Shown here piece after piece: positions 59,003-64,000 of a stretch of 64,000 nt of DNA. Position numbers and translations under genes: made by a program. Source of the stretch: Oculina patagonica (taxonomy: Eukaryota); contig NC_135770.1 in NCBI RefSeq assembly GCF_052425735.1, positions 21,328,001 to 21,392,000 on the forward strand. Reading direction: 5' to 3'. The notes under the pieces are model-generated. The model saw only the letters and a program-made list of their open reading frames with translations, was not told the DNA's origin and searched no databases. Each line of letters begins with the position of its first letter. Within the stretch, counting starts at the first letter, position 1.

Positions 59003-60001
59003 CTAAACAGGTGCAACTACTAAGCTTGCTCCATTTTCCTTCGACGGTTCTACAGTTGTTTGCGAGCGACAATTTCCACAGCGAAGTACCTTAAGATACT
59101 CTTTTTGAAAATTCTTGTTAAGTATACCGTATATGACAGGATTCAATGCACTGTTTAAAGTGGCCAGAAAGCTCCATGCCATGTAAGCCTCTCGAGGAAA
59201 CATCCAAGTCCCACGAATCGTGTCCACGATATCTATCAACAAGACGGGCGTCCAGCAAAGATTGAAAAACACCACAATCACAAACAAAGTGCGTGCTATC
59301 TTAATCTCTTCCACGTTTACTGTGTTGCTTGCAACGCCATTGGTCTGAAAATTAGTGTTGTGGCTACGAACAGTTTGGAAAATTCTAAGGTAGCAGAAAA
59401 AGATCACACAGTCTGGTAACCCGATATAAACGGTTACCAAAACCGCTGTGAATGGACCGCTGTCGATTTGAAAATAGCATAAAAACTTGGATGGGTGAAA
59501 CACCATCTTTTGCCCGCTAAGTATGTAAGGTAATGGCGCCCACATGCAATAAAACCACAAGACAAGAATCATGATCGTAGTTTTCTTCTTAGTGAAGTAG
59601 CGTCGATACTTGTTTGGACTAACGATTCGAAAATATCGGTTCACTGCCATCAAGGCAAGAGTTTGCGTCGATGCGAGAGCCAGAGTTATAGCTACATATC
59701 CTTGGTATTGACAAGTTGTTTCGTTGAAAGGCCATTGGGATGTTGCTAATATCGTAAGGGAAATAGGACACGCAAACATTGCTCCCAGCAAAAAGTCTGT
59801 AATGGCAAGCGAGGCAACAAGCATGTTCGGGATTGTTCGCATGCGACGATTGAATGTGATAACAAAAAGAGTTATAAAGTTTCCAACAAACAACAACACC
59901 AAAATAAACGCATAAAACCCTGTCTCCAAAACAACTTTCGCTGTGTTTCTTGACTTTAACTCTTTCGACATCTCTGCCAGTTGTTCTTCTGTAGAATCCA
60001 T
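59003..60001 (-). CDS. Intronless melatonin-receptor-like class A GPCR, more divergent paralogue, 332 aa
   Basis: MDSTEEQLAEMSKELKSR... with LAITD, AVNRY, CWTP and NPVIY. ATG at 60001 aligns with the paralogues' starts. Confidence 0.92.
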   Translation of the reverse strand: MDSTEEQLAEMSKELKSRNTAKVVLETGFYAFILVLLFVGNFITLFVITFNRRMRTIPNMLVASLAITDFLLGAMFACPISLTILATSQWPFNETTCQYQGYVAITLALASTQTLALMAVNRYFRIVSPNKYRRYFTKKKTTIMILVLWFYCMWAPLPYILSGQKMVFHPSKFLCYFQIDSGPFTAVLVTVYIGLPDCVIFFCYLRIFQTVRSHNTNFQTNGVASNTVNVEEIKIARTLFVIVVFFNLCWTPVLLIDIVDTIRGTWMFPREAYMAWSFLATLNSALNPVIYGILNKNFQKEYLKVLRCGNCRSQTTVEPSKENGASLVVAPV

Positions 60002-60620
60002 TTTTTTTTCTTTCACTCTTGTAAACGCCGAGCTCTTACTTCTAACTGCTTCTCTAAGTTAGATGGCATTGACAAACATGGTATAATTGTAGAATTTAAG
60101 TGCAACAATATACATTTCATCGCGCGGCGACAGGCTCGCTTTTTAAATTTGTCGTTAAATTCATCTCAGCCAATAAGATAGCCGTAACTTATTGAAACTC
60201 CTTTTTGGTAAACAGGTAGCTTTGGTAGCTTCCAGGGTCTATTCAAGAACCAAATGAAATTGCACATTTTTATTTAAACAGCTGAACATTTTCAGTTCCT
60301 TTTAAATTTAAAGTGAAAAGAGAATGTCAATATTGAAGCCAGCAATTCATATTAAAAAGAATAATGCATCAACCCAAAAAATGTTAAAAAAAATCAACTA
60401 GAACAAGGCTATTTCACTACCTCTTTTTGTTTCCTTAGCCGGTCGTAGGATAACAATATTTGATTTTGTCATTTTGTTTTCTTCGCGTTAGAGACGAATA
60501 TCAAATAATGTATCATTTCCGCATCTTATTTGCATTTATCCGTTACTTTACACAAGGAGGATTTTTCCGAAAAAACTCTTGAATTTCTCTTACAACTTTT
60601 GTATTACCCACAGCATACAA

Positions 60621-62881
60621 AGGGGTATCGAATGGTTTTTTCGAGCATTTGCGAGCATGTGAGCAGAGCGTTTTATTTCATACATACTGAGATTTACAGT
60701 TAGAATTGATCTGTTGAAAACACGGTTCGGAAATTCTCGCAGCCAATGACAACGGCGAAACGACTTTCTCACACGTGAGAAACCCGTTTCGTCCAATCAG
60801 AAAGCGGCTGTCAAAACGCATCAACATTTTCAATGAACGTGGAGCGAACGTGGTAGCTTTGTCGATGGCGCTAGCTTTTTCACTGCTTGAAAGTTTTTGG
60901 CCTTTCGCAGTACATTTGTGGACGGTTTAAAACGTTCTCATTAACAACTATGGCTGAATCGAAGAATATATTACAGAGCAGGAAAACAAAAACACTCGAG
61001 CGAAAACGCAGCGGGATGTGAATCTGCTTTCTACATTTCTGCTGGAGAAAAACGAAGAAAGAAAAATTGAAGACATCCAAATGCAATCAGAAGAGCTCAG
61101 CCGTTACCTTAGTGAATTCATTCTTAGTGTGAAAAGAAAAGATGGCCAAGACTATGAACCATCGAGCCTTAGAGAGTTGTTCTCAAGTTTTAACTGGTAT
61201 TTAAGAGAACGCAAATACTCTGCGAGTATTATGTTTGATCAAGCAAGAAAATGTCTGGAAGCTCGCAGCAAACAACTGAAAAAAGAAGGCAAAGGGAACA
61301 AACCCAACGCAGCCAAAGCTTTGACTGATGTGGAGGAAAACATTCTTTTCGAAAAGAATTTACTGGGAATCTCAAATGCCGAAGCTTTGCTAAACACAGT
61401 CTGGCTTTTCAATTCAGTGCATTTTGGTTTGAGAGGCTGTGAAGAACATCGGCAGATGACTTGGGGCGACGTGGAACTTCACATGGAAGCTGACGGAACT
61501 GAATACCTAGAGTATTCTGGACGTCAAACGAAAACAAGAACGCATACGGGAGCTGAACCTCGACTTGAAATGTCAGAGCTGTTAAACCGAAGGCTTTCGC
61601 AGCACCAAACGGTCCACCTGAAAGACATCCAGTTGCCGTTTACAAAATTTATTCCGAAAAGAGACCTGACGCGATGAATAAACCTGATGCGCCATTCTAT
61701 CTCGGAATAAATTACCCCAAAAGTCCTTCGTCGAAAAAACTGTGTTTAAATCAAGTGCAATGGGTCAGAACAAATTGAATAGTCTGATGAAAACCATGGC
61801 GGAAAAAGGAGGCCTTTCAAGTAAACGACTGACTAATCACAGCGCTCGAAAACGCATGGTACAAAAACTAAACGACAGCGACATACCTCCCAGTCACATT
61901 ATGCAGCTCTCAGGCTACAAAAATGTCCAAAGCATTAACAATTATAGCCACATTTCCCAACAACAGCAAAAAAAACATGTCAAGGATACTGAGTGCGACC
62001 TCGACTGAATCTTCTGCAAAAGTTCATCGAGCATTGGCTACAGAGAGTGAAGCTGAAACTCTGTCTTGTAGTTTTCAGTCGTCAAACAGTCCAACATTGC
62101 CTGGAGCAAGTGTATTTAGCGGAGCCGTGTTTCATGGAGGACACTTTAACATTTCTATAAACACAGTAAGTCAGTCGCCTAATGCGTACTCAGCAACAAG
62201 AAAGCACACCTTCAAGCGTGTTAAACGTATTTTAGATTCTTCGGATGAAGATAGCCCTCCCTTGCAATAGCACGGTTACGTATTCTTAGTTCGTATTTCT
62301 ATATTTCATTCTTGTACTTTTTGAGTGAAAAACTCTTGATATTCGATTTCTTATCCAATTAGAACAATTTTAAGACACGAGAATAATCTCATGAAATGTC
62401 TTTTTTCAACGATTTTGTTGTTATTATCATTTTGTAAATTAGCGTACTTTCATTTTGTGTGCTTGTACCAGGGTATTATAATAATAAAAAAAAAAACAGT
62501 TCAGCGTTGAAAAATCTCTGTATTTATAAAATAAACAAATTACAGCATAGAAAGTGCTTTGTACGGTGTTTACGCACTCGTTGTTTTGTATCAGAAATCT
62601 CACTCGTTCGCTCCGCTCACTCGTTCGATTTCTGATACGTCAACAACTCGTGCGTAAACACCGTACGCACGCACTTTCCATGAAGTAATCTATATTTTCT
62701 TTGCGAGCACGAGTATTGACAAATTTAGCCTTGGGAGCAACAAGCTCTTTTTAAAAAATGACCAGGCGAACACTTGTAAAAATATGCGACCACGAGCACC
62801 CACTAAAATTTTGCGAGCATTCCCAGCAGAAGCCTAATTTTGCGAGCACTGCAAAATTTTGATGGACCATTCATGACCCCT
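60621..62881. mobile_element. Host MITE (gcgagca-rich) split by the Crypton-like insertion
   Basis: aggggtatcgaatggt ... accattcatgacccct ends. gcgagca repeats occur on both sides of the insert. Confidence 0.6.
60674..62697 (+). mobile_element. Crypton-like tyrosine-recombinase transposon (DUF3504/KCTD1-ZMYM-type), frameshifted
   Basis: ENKNTRAKT, RKDGQDYEPSSL, HFGLRGCEEH, QTKTR, then a frameshift near 61565 (NVRAVKPKAF...APFYLGIN), then TNHSARK and IMQLSGYKNVQSINNY. A 5-bp direct repeat tattt sits at both ends, and a long 3' hairpin at 62546-62681. Confidence 0.85.
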
Positions 62882-63165
62882 ATTAATACAAGTTTCTACT
62901 CCTCATATATTCTAACAAAGAGCATAGTATAGCATGTTATTTCGCTACCGAGATGGCGCGCAGAGAGAAAAAATATAGGTCATCGAATAGAGAAAAATAA
63001 AGTAGATTTTCAAACTCCTTAGTTGTCCTTATAAAAAATGATTTTCGGAGCGAAATAATCAGTTAGCGCTCTTTACTTTATTTCATTTTTGCATACGCGA
63101 AATGCAATGCTTGTGTCGCTGGTCACCATGAGCAAATTAGAATTATAGCAAATCTTAAGTAGACC

Positions 63166-63752
63166 TAGCCCAGTCCCTGACATCTCTCTTCCGCGCGCCT
63201 TTTATCGGAGTTGAACCCGGGCGCGAGAAGAGAGAGTCCAGGATAACTTGCATGCGCATGCGCCAGTTTTCCCCCAAAATTGTTCCAAAATTGGGAAAAA
63301 CCGTATTTGGCAGCACTTTTGAAAAAGCGCGCGCACAAATGACGAGTTCAACTACGCGACCGTGTACTAAAGCAGGATAGCCAGAATAACTTTCATAAAA
63401 GCTTAGCTTGCAAGTCAATGACTACTCAAAGCTAACGGCCAAAACACAAATCGCTATCCACCAACTATTTCTAGTATTTTGTAGCTTTTCATTGCATTGG
63501 CTTTAATTAGATGCAATTTTGCACAGTTTTTTCTTGCATTTTTTCGCGTGCTTGGTCGCGTAATTAAATTTGCCATTTGAGCCTTTTTAATCCTAGCGCG
63601 CGCGTCCTAAGCAAGTAACGTTACACTCGTCGCTTCTGATTGGTTTGTTCTGAGCATGCGCATGTAAGTTTTCCTGGACTCTCCCTCTTCTCGCGCCTGG
63701 TTCCAACCCCTATGAAGGGCGCGCTGGAAGAGAGAGTTCAGGGACTGGACTA
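63166..63752. mobile_element. Non-autonomous DNA transposon, TAG...CTA termini, ~95-bp TIRs, 9-bp TSD (AcademH- or Mutator-like)
   Basis: TSD aagtagacc at 63157-63165 and 63753-63761. tagcccagtccctgaca...gcatgcgcatgc / gcatgcgcatg...tcagggactggacta. Confidence 0.8.
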
Positions 63753-64000
63753 AAGTAGACCGCGCTCTGATTGGTTAATTTAGCGTCTACTATTTCCCAT
63801 TGGGTGGACGGTGAGGAATATCTTCAACTTGATCACACGCGCGCTGATGCGACACGACATGGCGGAAGCGATCAACACAGGAAAAAAGTGTAACAATTAC
63901 CAGTTTTCTACTTTTTTTCAATTTTTTACAAGTGAATTTGAAAATCTACATATCTAGAATACCTACAAGAATACACAATAATGAAAGATTGTTAGCTATA

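Noticed and set aside
61018-62270. Domesticated host gene (KCTD1/ZMYM/QRICH1-like)
   Set aside because: Intronless, frameshifted, inserted within a MITE and bounded by element-like ends; better explained as a transposon copy.

Overview
AT-rich, intron-containing animal DNA. The gene and repeat content points to a cnidarian, most likely a stony coral (inference). The window is three contigs joined by two placeholder gaps of exactly 500 N (33224-33723, 55380-55879). Genes: (1) the 3' end of a TPR-CHAT caspase-like protease gene; (2) two tandem, intact 8-exon paralogues encoding secreted expansin-like proteins (DPBB + CBM63-like domain) fused through a Pro/Thr/Gly linker to a C-terminal chitin-binding type-2 (CBM14/peritrophin-A) domain, the most unusual item here; (3) three intronless melatonin-receptor-like (NRY motif) class A GPCRs plus a decayed fourth copy cut by a gap; (4) a 5-exon minus-strand gene encoding signal peptide-PAN-EGF-EGF-fibrinogen C; (5) one exon of a DDGS-type sugar-phosphate cyclase of the mycosporine (MAA) sunscreen pathway. 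Mobile DNA is abundant: Penelope-like elements with hammerhead-ribozyme motifs, LINE fragments, a Crypton-like tyrosine-recombinase element, an ISL2EU-like element, many MITEs, a 5.4-kb nest of insertions, a 1.5-kb foldback element, a ~4.8-kb higher-order tandem repeat and a 35-bp minisatellite. All exon models and motif matches were read by eye; no database searches were run.
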